Below the pieces are notes generated by a model. It did not search any database and was not told the origin of the DNA. It saw only the letters and a program-made list of their open reading frames with translations. A stretch of DNA of 32,903 nt from the NCBI RefSeq assembly GCF_006345805.1, contig NW_021832773.1:1-32903 (forward strand), given 5' to 3'. The DNA comes from Octopus sinensis (Eukaryota). Shown in pieces: positions 10,399 through 22,974 of the stretch (position 1 is the stretch's first letter; every line of letters starts with the position of its first letter). A program made the position numbers and the translations under genes.

Positions 10399-10745
10399 GT
10401 CGAGACGAAGAGTACGATTTGATTGTAAGATATTTTATTAGTTGAACGATATTTTGAAAGTAAGTCTGTCCTTGTCAAATTCAAAATAATAAGTGATAAA
10501 AATTCAAAATTATAGAAATTCAAAATTAAAGTATGCACGAGAGCAACCAGCGTCCACCCGTTGATGGAATGACACCATCAGGCTTTAAGTTTCAGTTTCA
10601 TCAACGTGCGAACGCTGGTTGCTCTCGTTCATACTTTAATTTTGAATTTCTATAATTTTGAATTTGACAAGGACAGACTTACTGTTGAAATATCGTTCAA
10701 CCAATAAAATATCTGTTACAATCGTACCACGCTCTTCATCTTGAC
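10399..10745. repeat. ~350-bp fold-back palindrome between two (TAA)n tracts
   Basis: Arm 10399-10566 is the reverse complement of arm 10599-10745 (shared blocks gttgaacgatatt, gtaagtctgtccttgtcaaattcaaaat, gagagcaaccagcgt), with a ~32-nt loop and one ~22-nt indel. Confidence 0.8.
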
Positions 10746-10880
10746 TGTTTACCCTTACGTCAATCCTTTTAAAATATTATAACAATAATAATAATAATAA
10801 TAATAATATATAATATAATATAATAATAATAATAATAATATAATAATAATAATGATAATGATAATAATAATATAATGATG

Positions 10881-10956
<76 letters not shown>

Positions 10957-10957
<1 letters not shown>

Positions 10958-11498
10958 TTCACCGTTCAAACTGACAGAAAGATAGATGCGAATAGGCCAG
11001 CCATGATATTGAAAGACTTCAGACTAAAACCATGACTTCCCATTGATATGACTGTCCCAATCGACATAAATGTATCTGTCAAGACCTACCAAAACCTGAG
11101 CAAATATAAAGACCTTGAAATAGAAATTGGCAAAACGTGGAACCTCAAGACTACAGCAATACCTGTTGTCATAGGTGCCCTAGGAATGATAGCAAAAGGG
11201 GCTGATTGCTACCTAGCTCAGATACCAAGAAATCCCAAAATGGCAGAAATTCAAAATATAGTGCTCATGGGAACTGCTCATATCCTACGCAAAATACTTT
11301 CTATGTAATCTCAAGTTTTAAAGCAAACATAATTTTCTTATGCTTTCTTAAACATTCTCTAGAACAACACTATGTACAAAACCAAATATATGACGCCCTA
11401 GGCATAACACAAACATGAACTTCCAGCTTGTTGTCTCTTGAGGTCTCTGAGTGAGACTTGGAGCCAACTTGTACAAATACAAAGCAAAAGTCAAGCAT
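10957..11498 (+). mobile_element. 5'-truncated R4/Dong-clade LINE fragment (REL endonuclease end plus 3' UTR), second subfamily
   Basis: FTVQTDRKIDANRP...IDMTVP...KYKDLEIEIGKTWNLKTTAIPVVIGALGMI...LMGTAHILRKILSM*. Begins directly after (AAT)n and ends in aataataac. Confidence 0.85.
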
Positions 11499-11559
11499 AT
11501 AATAATAACAAGAAGAAGAATGACAACATCGATAACTATTATTATTATCATTATTGATT

Positions 11560-11780
11560 TGGCTCGTTCGTGGAATCTTTGTGAGTATCTGGTTACTACC
11601 TGTATCTACTTCCAATAGTCTTTCAAGTGCTCCTGATAATCTCTCCTTTCCTTAAGAGGCAAACTTTCTTTAGAGGATCCACAGTACATTCGGTTCCAAT
11701 CTCCTTCGACCATTTGTCTACATTTTTACTCGTGCTCGCTAAAGCACCAATTATTACGGGCTCAACCTTGACACTCTTTC
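11560..11780 (-). mobile_element. Short 3' fragment of R4/Dong-clade LINE (third-subfamily type)
   Basis: Minus strand translates KSVKVEPVIIGALASTSKNVDKWSKEIG...LKKVCLLRKGEIIRST*, homologous to VVPIIVGALGTVSKNLEK at 24021-24423; TAA-type tail next to 11560. Confidence 0.6.
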
Positions 11781-11782
11781 AA

Positions 11783-11994
11783 GGCAGTCAGCTCGCAGAA
11801 TCGCTAGCGTGCCGGGCGAAATGCTTAGCAGTATTTCTCTCGTCGCTACGTTCCCAGTTCAAATTCCGCTGAGGTCGACTTTGCCTTTCATCATTTTGGG
11901 GTCGATAAATTAAGTACCAGTGAAACACTGGGGTCGATGTAATCGACTCATCCCCTCCCTTAAAATGACTGCTCTTGTGGCAAAATTTGAAACA
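11783..11994 (+). mobile_element. tRNA-derived SINE family B, single-unit full-length copy with (TTA)n tail to ~12245
   Basis: A-box-like gctcgcagaatcg, B box GTTCAAATTCC at 11857-11867, shared core gtcgactttgcctttcatc, tail aaatttgaaacaattattatt. Confidence 0.85.
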
Positions 11995-12032
<38 letters not shown>

Positions 12033-12067
12033 CATTATTATTATTATAATCATTATTATTATCCTTA

Positions 12068-12118
<51 letters not shown>

Positions 12119-12137
12119 TATTATTATTATTATCATC

Positions 12138-12214
<77 letters not shown>

Positions 12215-13058
12215 TAATATTATAATTATTATTATTAATATTATTACTTTAGCCACCCAGTCTAACTGATAGCTATATAGTACTCATTGCTGTAATCATC
12301 TCAAAAAAAAGGGGGAAACTCTCGTATGGTTATTCGGTATGCTGGAAAGAGCAGTCAGACCTTTCAAGTACAATTTAACCTCTTCGTAAGGATTACACTG
12401 CTTAAAATACTTCTCAAAATGCAAGGCCTCGAGTGATATAGTGAGGTGATGATGGCCTGGGGTTATCTAAAACAATAAATGCAACAACGATCACAAAAAT
12501 AACAAAAACAATCTTCTAATAGAGCTACAGATCGATAATCCCTTTAAATATTGATTGATTGCTTGATTTAATATTTGCTTATTAAAAGAAAACTGAAATT
12601 AGGATTCTAAACAACAACAAAAACACAAAATGCTGAGTGATTTGGTATAACACCCCCACCTCACAAATAGCAATGACAAAAACAAAAAAATACGAACAAA
12701 CAAAAATCACTTTATTCATTAGAAGAAATACTGAATTATTGAACTGTTAAATTGATTGATAATTTATCGGCGCAAGATCAAAGGATTGGAGTTTATCGTG
12801 TATTTGGTGAAGATATGGGCTAATAAGGATAAAGAAGAAAATTTTAAAATACAAAGCGCCATTTAGAATAATACGCGGGAGATATTGTGAGAGGGGAAGG
12901 AAGAGGAAAGGAGAGAAAGGGAGAGAGAAAAAGGGAAGAATACACACAGTTAGCATGCTTGAATAATATATAAGAATGCGTGTGTGAATAAATATATATC
13001 TATATATATATATATATATAAGAGAGAGAGAGAGAGACAGACAAACAGACAGACAGAC

Positions 13059-13091
<33 letters not shown>

Positions 13092-13131
13092 TAGGTAGAT
13101 AGGTAGATAGATAGATAGATAGATAGATACA

Positions 13132-13165
<34 letters not shown>

Positions 13166-13289
13166 CATACATACATGCATAGACAGACAGACAGACAGAG
13201 GTAGATGTGTGTGTGTGAGTGTATGTATGAATGTATGTATGTATATCGGCATTTAAATACTGAAGCACAAACAGGCTTGCGCATAGACA

Positions 13290-13368
13290 AAGGGGTCAAT
13301 TTGTTCGAGTAAGGGCGGTGCTCCAGCATGGCCGCAGTCAAATGACTGAAACAAGTAAAAGAATAAAA
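13290..13368 (+). mobile_element. 3' fragment of family A SINE
   Basis: ggggtcaatttgttcga...ggcggtgctccagcatggccgcagtcaaatgactgaaacaagtaaaagaataaaag. Confidence 0.75.
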
Positions 13369-13461
13369 GTATACATGCATATAAATATATATAAACATAT
13401 ATATATTATATTTGTTAATGTGTGTGAGTCTGTGTGTTTGTATGTATATAATATTGTGTAT

Positions 13462-13524
<63 letters not shown>

Positions 13525-13659
13525 TATATATATAATTATTACTCTTAAAAATATAAAAGTGTGTTGTTGATAGCAACTTCGAGTTTTTCTGCCAGCTACG
13601 GCTTCGTCAGAATTTTGATTTTAAACTGCTTTTATTATAACAGAACATAAAAACAAACA

Positions 13660-13708
<49 letters not shown>

Positions 13709-13829
13709 ATATGATATATATATATATATATAATGTATACATATATATATATATTATATATATATATATAATCTATATATATATAATATATATATATGTA
13801 TATATATAGATATATATATATCATATATG

Positions 13830-13871
<42 letters not shown>

Positions 13872-14387
13872 ATATATATATATATATACATACATACATA
13901 CATACATACAATACACAACACACACACATACATATATACCTGTGAGTATTTGCATGTGTGTGGGGGGTGGGTTATAAGAACAATCCGAGGTCACACAGCC
14001 ACCTCTCACTCCACCACTACCCACGACCACCAACCCCAACCCATTAAACATCATTATCTATTCAAGTTTGTTTGAAACACACATTATTATTATCATTATC
14101 AGTATTATCATAATTATTACGATTATTATTATTATTATTATTATTATCATTATTATTATATCCTTATTATTATTATTATTATTATTATTAGTATTATGAT
14201 TATTATCATTATTATTATTATTATTATGATTATTATTATTATTATTATTAATCATTATTTTTTATTATTATTATTATCATTATTATATTATTGTTTTATT
14301 ATTATTATCATTATTATCATATTATCATTATTATCATTATTATGTATTATTATTAATATTATTATTATTATTATTATATTATTATTA

Positions 14388-14418
<31 letters not shown>

Positions 14419-14642
14419 TTATTAATTATTATTATTATTATTATATTATTTTATATGAAAGCCATCAGAGGTTGCAGGCCATCAATAATGCACAAGGTTT
14501 GCTTTGTGTTGAAATTAACCCGGCATTTTATAAACTAAAAAAAAAAAAATAACGTTAAAAATAGACGGCAGCTGAAACAACAACAACAACAAAACTCCAT
14601 CCGTCTGTTGGTCTGATTGACTGACTGTCTGTGTGTCGCTCG

Positions 14643-15690
14643 CTACCATGTAGAGGTCTCCCTCATTGGCTCATACATACATATATACATACATAAGAGA
14701 CTAGGGTGTGATTTGAGGGAGATTTGGCTGCTATTTCTACCAGGTCTAGCTACCATGTAGAGGTCTCCCTCATTGGCTCATACATACATATATACATACA
14801 TAAGAGAGTAGGGTGTGATTTGAGGGAGATTTGGCTGCTATTTCTACCAGGTCTAGCTACCATGTAGAGGTCTCCCTCATTGGCTCATACATACATATAT
14901 ACATACATAAGAGAGTAGGGTGTTGTTTGAGGGAGATCTGGCTGTTATTTCTAGCAGGTCTAGCTACCATGTAGAGGTCTCCCTCATTGGCTCATACATA
15001 CATATATACATACATAAGAGACTAGGGTGTGATTTGAGGGAGATTTGGCTGCTATTTCTACCAGGTCTAGCAACCATGTAGAGGTCTCCCTCGTAGGCTC
15101 ATACATACATAAGAGAGTAGGGTGTGATTTGAGGGAGATTTGGCTGCTATTTCTACCAGGTCTAGCGACCATGTAGAGGTCTCTCTCATTGGTTCATACA
15201 TACATATATACATACATAAGAGAGTAGGGTGTGATTTGAGGGAGATTTGGCTGGTATTTCTACCAGGTCTAGCTACCATGTAGAGGTCTCCCTCGTAGGC
15301 TCATACATACATATATACATACATAAGAGAGTAGGGTGTGATTTGAGGGAGATTTGGCTGTTATTTCTACCAGATCTAGCTACAATGTAGATATCTCCTT
15401 CAGTGACTCATACATACATAAGAGAGTAGGGTGTGATTTGAGGGAGATTTGGCTGTTATTTCTACCAGGTCTAGCTACCATGTAGAGGACTCCATCGTAG
15501 GCTCATACATATATACATAGATAGAAGAGTAGGGTGTGATCTGAGGGAGATTTGGCTGCTACGTCTACCATTTATAACTATTGTGTGGGGTCTCCCACAT
15601 TGGTTCCTGGGTGTGATTTAAGGAAGATTTGGCTGCTATTTCTCCCAGATCTAACTACCATGTAGAGGACTCCTTCAATGACTCATACAT
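14643..15690. repeat. Tandem array of ~10 units, period 107 bp (95-bp variants)
   Basis: Unit starts at 14643, 14750, 14857, 14964, 15071, 15166, 15273, 15380 and 15475, then degraded copies. Unit ctaccatgtagaggtctccctcattggctc-(TACA/TA)n-agagtagggtgtgatttgagggagatttggctgctatttctaccaggtctag. Confidence 0.92.
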
Positions 15691-16268
15691 AAACCGCCGC
15701 CACCCTCATCCCCGCCATCATCTTCATCATTTGGGCCCCTCGATCTGCTAGAAACACCAGCGAAATCTCTAAACCCGTTAGGACAAAGAATGACACATTT
15801 GACAATACAGTTAGTTCTGGGAGAACAGGACAGGGTGGTCATATCTGGAGTGCATCTGAACAAATTTGCATGCGATCAAGTCTGGGGGGAGGGAACTAAT
15901 AGAGATTATTGCCATCATCATCATAGTCAGCATCACTACTACTAACACCAACACCACCATTAACCCACCCATGCCGCCCACCACATACCGCCACCACCAC
16001 CACCGCCATCATACATCATTCTATAAGATTCCGATCTAATAATCCTTCAACCCGGAGTTCTGCCATGTTTTCTACAATTAATTCTGTTAAGAGTTTTCCC
16101 TTATTCTGGGGCTTCAGATTGAATTTACTGTTTCTCCACTTCGGTTTATACTATACACATATATGTATACATAAAATATTATTTATATATACATATATGT
16201 GACCGCGTGTGTACCGTTGGCGATTTTTTTCCTCTGTCTTCCCTTCTCTGGATCTCTCCTTCTCCTAT

Positions 16269-16303
16269 GTTTCCGACGAAGAGCTCCGCTCGAAACGTTA
16301 AAC
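16269..16303 (+). ncRNA. Minimal type-I hammerhead-ribozyme-like motif (Penelope-type), variant core
   Basis: GUUU CCGACGA A GAGC-UCC-GCUC GAAA CGUU AAAC: stem I GUUU/AAAC, stem II GAGC/GCUC, ACGU stem III, GUU site. Confidence 0.6.
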
Positions 16304-16394
16304 CCTCCTTCTTTCCTAAGCGTCTAATAATACTATATTTGTTCCACGTCCTCGCTTTGTTCTGTTTTTTTGTGCTTTCTTATTTGGATTAACA

Positions 16395-16471
<77 letters not shown>

Positions 16472-16796
16472 TAGATATATATATATATCAGCAATTAAAT
16501 GATTAGAATTATTATGAAGTTGCATAGCATTACCTTTAATTATTATTTATATATATACATTATATACATTATATACATTAATATACATTATATATATACA
16601 TTAATATAAAATGTACGTGTGTTCCTTCGTCTATTTACTAATTGTGTGTGTTGGTGTGTGTGTGTGTGTGTGTGTATCTACCAGTGTATGTAAATGTATG
16701 TATATTTGAATATATATTATTATATGTTTTAAAGTATGTGTGTGTAATTATGTGTATATGCATATGTATGTGTGTTCATATATATATATGTATATC

Positions 16797-16989
16797 AATA
16801 ATCACAAAGGGTAAAATTAATTAATTAAGAATTAATCAATAATTTCACCGAGCAGAATTCGGCATGAAAAAAAGGACCATTTCACGGTAAACTTAAGTAA
16901 TACTTAATAAATAGTGATACTTAATAAATACTTAATACTAAATTTCTGTATGTGGTAAAGCAAATCTTTGCTGAACACTATTTATCAAG

Positions 16990-16993
<4 letters not shown>
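16797..16993 (-). mobile_element. Inverted, centrally deleted copy of the 5987-6255 fold-back repeat
   Basis: Reverse complement matches the left arm (gttcagcaa.gatttgctt) and then aagtattacttaag...ttaattaattaattttaccctttg of 6157-6250; flanked by (TA)n. Confidence 0.7.
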
Positions 16994-17051
<58 letters not shown>

Positions 17052-17364
17052 TCTGTTTTGACCAGATATTTCCATAGATTGTATATATTTGTATATTATT
17101 CGAAATGGTGGGATTTACCATTCGCAACGCCTTCTTTGATTGTTCAGCGGAAGAACAAAGGAAGAAATTGTTTATTTTCTAGTTTGAACCTGGAACCTTG
17201 ATTCCAGAAAGCGTTTCTCATCCGTCATTGATGTCAGGTTCAGCTAATACTAAAACCACCAGAATAACATTGCAAAACATGACAATTAGGGAAACATACA
17301 CCTCGGATGTATTATTACACTTATAAATAAGTGCGAGTATGTCTATATATAGATTATATATATA

Positions 17365-17527
17365 GGCGCAGGAGTGGCTGTGTGGCAAGTAGCTTGCTTA
17401 CCAACTACATGGTTCTGGGTTCAGTCCCACTGCGTGGCACCTTGGGCAAGTGTATTCTACTATAGCCTCGGGCCGACCAAAGCCTGTGAGTGGATTTGGT
17501 AGACGGAAACTGAAAGAGCCTGTCGTA

Positions 17528-17584
<57 letters not shown>

Positions 17585-17805
17585 ATATATATGCGTGTGT
17601 GTGTTTGTGTGTCTGTGTCTGTCCCCCTAGCATTGCTTGACAACCGATGCTGGTGTGTTTATGTCCCCGCACTTAGCTGTTCGGCAAAAAACCGATAGAA
17701 TAAGTACTGGGCTTACAAAGAATAAGTCTCCGGGTCGAGTTGCTCGACTAAAGGCGGTGCTCCAGCATGGCGCAGTCAAATGACTGAAACAAGTAAAAGA
17801 CTAAA

Positions 17806-17807
<2 letters not shown>
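17365..17807 (+). mobile_element. tRNA-derived SINE family A, full length, in (TA)n
   Basis: ggcgcaggagtggctgtgtggcaag...gggttcagtccc (B box)...internal (TA)n(TG)n...gactgaaacaagtaaaag. Confidence 0.88.
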
Positions 17808-17877
<70 letters not shown>

Positions 17878-18026
17878 TATATATACATATAGATATATAT
17901 ATATATATATTATACATATATATATATATATATATACACATATATAATATATACATATATATATATATACATATATATTATATATTATATATATTATATA
18001 TACATGCGTTTATGCACATAATATAT

Positions 18027-18070
<44 letters not shown>

Positions 18071-18319
18071 ACACACACACACAAACACACACATCTTTCA
18101 AGAAGAGGAGTGCAGTGGCCTCCCTGCTTCGGTCTCTCCGCTTTTTCATCATTCAGTCCGACAAAGGCTAACTGCACGAAACGTCGAAGTCACCGTCACC
18201 CCTACTTCTCGTTTAATAAATAAACGTCTGGTCCACAGATAAAAAGCATTGGAATAATTCGCCCAGTTTCACGTTAAATTGTTTACTTATAACTCCACAT
18301 AAAAACAAATATTAATATA

Positions 18320-18391
<72 letters not shown>

Positions 18392-18741
18392 ATATCATCA
18401 TCATGGTTACGTACATGTTAATTTAGTTGACCTTCTAGAACTGCATGCATCAATGTACATACTCCCACTGTTCCCAAAAATATAAAACCATCCCCCCACA
18501 CACACACCTACTGTTAAATGATAATACATACACGTACGCGCTGACACTGTTTCATGCATATTGTGAGTGTACATATATATATATATATATATGATTATAT
18601 GTATATGATTATATATATATACATATATATGTACATATATATATATATACATGCATACATGCATATCTATATATACATACTCCACATAAGTGATTGTACT
18701 CATTGCGTATGTGGTGTAAATTTTGTATGTGATCTATATGC

Positions 18742-18788
<47 letters not shown>

Positions 18789-18808
18789 CATATACATATA
18801 TAGTTATA

Positions 18809-18907
<99 letters not shown>

Positions 18908-19318
18908 TTGCATGTATAATATCCCCGCGTTTGTGTGTATATATATGTAGTGTATACACATGTTCCATACGTGTATGCAACACATTTTTTCTTGAAAACA
19001 AGTAAAAAAAAAAAAGAAGATACAATAAAACCCCCTTTTTCCCCATTTTCGGACCTTAATTACCGTCCAATTAAATATATAACTAATTATGATATAATTT
19101 ACTGTATTAATGAATTTGTTCCAATTTCCTTCGTTTTTTTGATTTTTTTCCCGAAATATATCAACTTGAGAAAAATAAAGTGACAGTTATAAAGTATAAC
19201 ACTTTGTTTTCGTTATTTTGTCATAATTATTATTGTTATTGATGTTGATGCTGTTGCTGTTTTTGTTGCTGTTGTTGTTGTTGTTGTTGTTGTTATTGTT
19301 GTTATTATTATTATTATT

Positions 19319-19871
19319 GAGTGAGAGAGCAGTTCATGCCATCAAAGTGACTCTGGGGTAAAATATACGAAGCCCAATATACCCATCATGACTACCCGTC
19401 TGATAAAGGTACACCAGGCACATGCATCACAACCATATGTGCGCGACATGGTGATCTCATATCAAGATAAACAGCACATGACCTTGCAGGTGGGGCCCAG
19501 TTAGAATTTTCTTCAGATTGAGTAGCCCATCCCGCTCAAAAGGTCCCTGAATAAGGGTTGTTTAAGGACGTTGAACGAACACCCCATGTTTCCAGAGGTG
19601 AATTATTCAAACCCCAAAGAATCCCTCTCAACACATGGCTATGATGCTCCCCCACTACTACTTCTGCTCGTGATCAGAGATGCACATATCGTCAGCCACT
19701 AAGGGACATGCTCAACTGGTTACGGTCAAACAACTGACAACAAATCTGTGGTATTGAGCAGAATATTTGCTGTAGCCCATCTTTTATACCAAGACAAAAC
19801 AATGAACATGATACACTTCCATCAATTAAGATCAGAAGCCATGAGAGCCACTGCCTGGTACTGCATCAGGC

Positions 19872-19872
<1 letters not shown>
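19319..19872 (-). mobile_element. ~550-bp non-coding dispersed element embedded in (TTA)n, copy 1 (strand is relative to copy 2)
   Basis: End-to-end reverse-complement homologue of 27650-28191; TTA repeats on both sides; no TIR and no convincing ORF. Confidence 0.8.
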
Positions 19873-19935
<63 letters not shown>

Positions 19936-19936
<1 letters not shown>

Positions 19937-20234
19937 TATGTTTGGTTTTAGCTTTATGTCCGTACAAGTTCGCTCCGTTGTTGTTATGCCTAGTGTGCCA
20001 TATATTTGGGGGGTTTTTTGTGTTGTACTAGTGGATGTCTATAAAAAAAAGAAGAAAAAAAAGAAGAAAAAAGAAAAAGTGAAAAAAATTGTTTGTTTTT
20101 TAATCTTGAGATTACATAGAAAGTATTTTGCGTAGGATATGAGCAGTTCCCATGAGCACTATCTTTTCAACTTCTGCCATTTTGGGGTTTCCTGGTATCT
20201 GAGTTAGGTAGCAATCAGCCCCTTTTGCTATCAT
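19936..20234 (-). mobile_element. Short 3' fragment of R4/Dong-clade LINE (same subfamily as 10957-11498)
   Basis: MIAKGADCYLTQIPGNPKMAEVEKIVLMGTAHILRKILSM* nearly identical to the 10957 fragment; 3' UTR runs into the (TTA)n at 19873-19935. Confidence 0.85.
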
Positions 20235-20248
20235 CATCATCATCATCA

Positions 20249-20290
<42 letters not shown>

Positions 20291-20739
20291 TTGCTGCGGA
20301 ACACATCGGACGTGTTTTCGAACGCTCCAAGTTCAGTTCAAAATATTTATTTACACCAGGATTGGTGTCTTTTTGCAGTAATTATTTTATTCTAAGTTCT
20401 GAACAGAAGCATCAGGAACCTTTTACTGCTTTTTTTATGGTTGTGTAGCCACCAGAGGGGAGATTTTCGCCCACCAAATAAATTCAGTGCTCGTTAAAAT
20501 TTAATGGAATCACTACAACTCAACAAGATGGCGGAGCGCGTCTTGAAAATGTTAAGGAAAAGCCCAAGAAACCCTTCTACCAATGTGGTAATAGGTGAGG
20601 ACTTCCCTCTGTCACGGGCAAAAATAATGGGGAAGGGGAGGAGGAGGAGGAGGAGAAGAAAAAGACTGAAGTGTTACAGTGTGCAACGAAAAGTAACAAC
20701 AATAATAGCAGAAACACTAACAGCGGTAGAAATAACAAC

Positions 20740-20775
20740 AGCAGCAGTCGCAGCAGCAGCAGTAGTAGTAGTAGC

Positions 20776-20812
<37 letters not shown>

Positions 20813-20922
20813 AGCAGCAGCAGTAGTAGTAGTAGTAGTACTAGTAGCAGCAGCAGTGGTAGTTGTAGTTGTAGTAGTAGTAGTAGCAGCAGCAGCAGCA
20901 GGAGCAGTAGCAGCAGTAGTAT

Positions 20923-20957
<35 letters not shown>

Positions 20958-21077
20958 ATAGAAGCAGTGGTAGTAGTAGTAGTAGTAGCAGCAGCAGCAG
21001 CAGTAGCAGTAGTAGTAGTAGTAGTAGTAGTAGCAGTAGCAGCAGCAGTAGTGGTAGTTGTAGTAGTAGTAGTAGTT

Positions 21078-21114
<37 letters not shown>

Positions 21115-21142
21115 TAATAGTAGTAGTAGTAGTTGTAGTAGT

Positions 21143-21177
<35 letters not shown>

Positions 21178-21194
21178 CAGTAGCAGCAGCAGTG

Positions 21195-21228
<34 letters not shown>

Positions 21229-21244
21229 CAGCAGCAGCAGTGTG

Positions 21245-21275
<31 letters not shown>

Positions 21276-21309
21276 CAGCAGCAGCAGCAGTAGTAGTGGT
21301 AGTAGTAGT

Positions 21310-21340
<31 letters not shown>

Positions 21341-21393
21341 CAGCAGCAGCAGCAGTAGCAGTAGTAGTAGCAGTAGTAGTAGTAGTAGTAGTA
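20740..21393. repeat. (AGT)n/(AGC)n trinucleotide tract
   Basis: Direct reading; source of the poly-Ser/Val/Thr/Leu ORFs. Confidence 0.92.
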
Positions 21394-22512
21394 GTGAGAG
21401 CGGCAACAACCAAGAAAAAGAAAGCAACTGCAGTGGCAGTAGCGATAGCAACAACAACAACAAAAGCAACAACAACAAAACCAATGCCAGCAACATCAAT
21501 AAGAACGACAACAATAAAAGCAACAACTGAGACAATACACATAAAAATATCAAAAATGGTTTTGCAGCAGTCAAGACCAAACACCGATATGCTGTAGACC
21601 TGACAAATAGGGAGCAGATGTTCCCAAAAGCATGGAAACTAATTAAACAAGAGAAAAACTGGGCAAATTTGACTGTCCTGTCAGAGGCAATTGAAGCAGC
21701 GGAGAGAAGAACGGTGCTTTTCAGATGCATCTCAGCAGACACGAAAAGAGCGGCGCTGATAGTCCAAGTAGATATTGAGGCGTTGTTGATGTGCATAAGA
21801 AATGACATCGAATACATAGCGAGGGGCAAGCAATACGGCACCGTTTCGGTGCAGTTTAAATCAGAAGCCCTCGCTATGAAACATTCAATGACCCTCCTGC
21901 AAAACCAGCAAAGTCATCAAGTGCCCCTCCAACATGGGGAAACGTACAGTCCGTGTCCGCATTCTTAGAAAACCCCCAGGACTAGATCATTGATGGCTTC
22001 TGGAATACGTAATCGTGGCGGGGACGGATATTGTCCCTATAGAGGTGACAAGAATTGCCAGGGAGGATGGGTGAAGGGTTGACCTGGAGATACTTCTCCA
22101 GATCAGACCCGAAAACATTTTTTAAAATCCCGGACCACATCCGTCTCCAGAACGGGACGGTGATATATATCATGACTAAGGGCAAAGGCCTCATTGTTTC
22201 AGGTCTAGAGAAAAGAGTCATTTGGCTGCTCGCTTCCCCTTACGCCCTCCACTGCTGCCTTCGCCGGAACGAGAACCGCAAACATCACCAGCACCAGCAA
22301 AACCACCAGCAACAACGCTAAAAACATTAAACATCCTAAGGGGAAGCAAGGAAAGCTCACCCGTCCCCTCACACCAAACAAAATACACACAAACTTACAA
22401 CAACATACTCATCACCTTCTAGTGGTGAAGATGAAGGAAAACCGAAAGGGCCAAAAAAAAGTTTAAATAAAAAAGAAAGCACAAAAGAAAAACTCCAGAA
22501 ACCATATCAACA

Positions 22513-22974
22513 TCTTTATATATAAAACTGAAGTTGTGTGTGTGAGAGTCTGTCTCCTCCGATTTAGATTCCTAACTACTCCCACATTTTGCGGTGCAGT
22601 TTAACCAAAAGCGAGTCGTGATTCTGGGTATTAGCGCGCGTCTACGATGAGTCTACGATTAAAAAAAAATTTACCATCATTTTTTCCCATTTTTAATGCA
22701 TTTTTTGCTCGGTTTATATAAGACAAGTAACTCTCTAAAAATGCTTATATAGTTATTTCCCTTATGTATTTTGAGCCTTATTCGAATAGCAGATTTCATA
22801 AGTTCTGCTGTTTTCTTCAAATTTATAAAAATATGCGTTGTTGCGGACAATATCTTTGTTTTGATTTTTCCAAAAGTATGGATAAAATGGAATGCAATTT
22901 CGTCAAAATTAACGCTTAAACAAGTTATTCATCAAATTTCTATCCACCCGAGCAAAGCGGGGTCAATCTGCTAG
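22513..22974 (+). mobile_element. Non-autonomous Helitron, 462 bp
   Basis: 5' A|TCtttatatataaaa; 3' subterminal hairpin acccgagcaaagcggggt followed by CTAG|T; inserted between A (22512) and T (22975) with no TSD. Confidence 0.75.

Noticed and set aside
9466-10969. Poly-Asn/Ile/Leu/Asp ORFs (also 11920-12225, 14058-14552, 24380-24800)
   Set aside because: Translations of (AAT)n and (GAT)n tracts.
12776-12785. Single TCF/LEF motif AGATCAAAGG
   Set aside because: An isolated 10-mer with no supporting cluster; expected by chance in 33 kb.
14643-15690. Regular repeat array that could be mistaken for CRISPR
   Set aside because: Whole 107-bp units repeat with no unique spacers; eukaryotic context and no cas genes.
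16016-16150. Minus-strand 44-codon open frame after an AG (YKPKWRNSKFNLKPQNKGKLLTELIVENMAELRVEGLLDRNLIE*)
   Set aside because: No recognisable homology, weak acceptor and no partner exons; this length is compatible with chance. A tBLASTn/RNA-seq check would settle it.
20504-21841. 269-374 aa poly-Ser/Val/Thr/Leu ORFs resembling mucin or adhesin proteins
   Set aside because: Open in several frames on both strands because of the (AGT/AGC)n tract; flanks belong to a decayed LINE.
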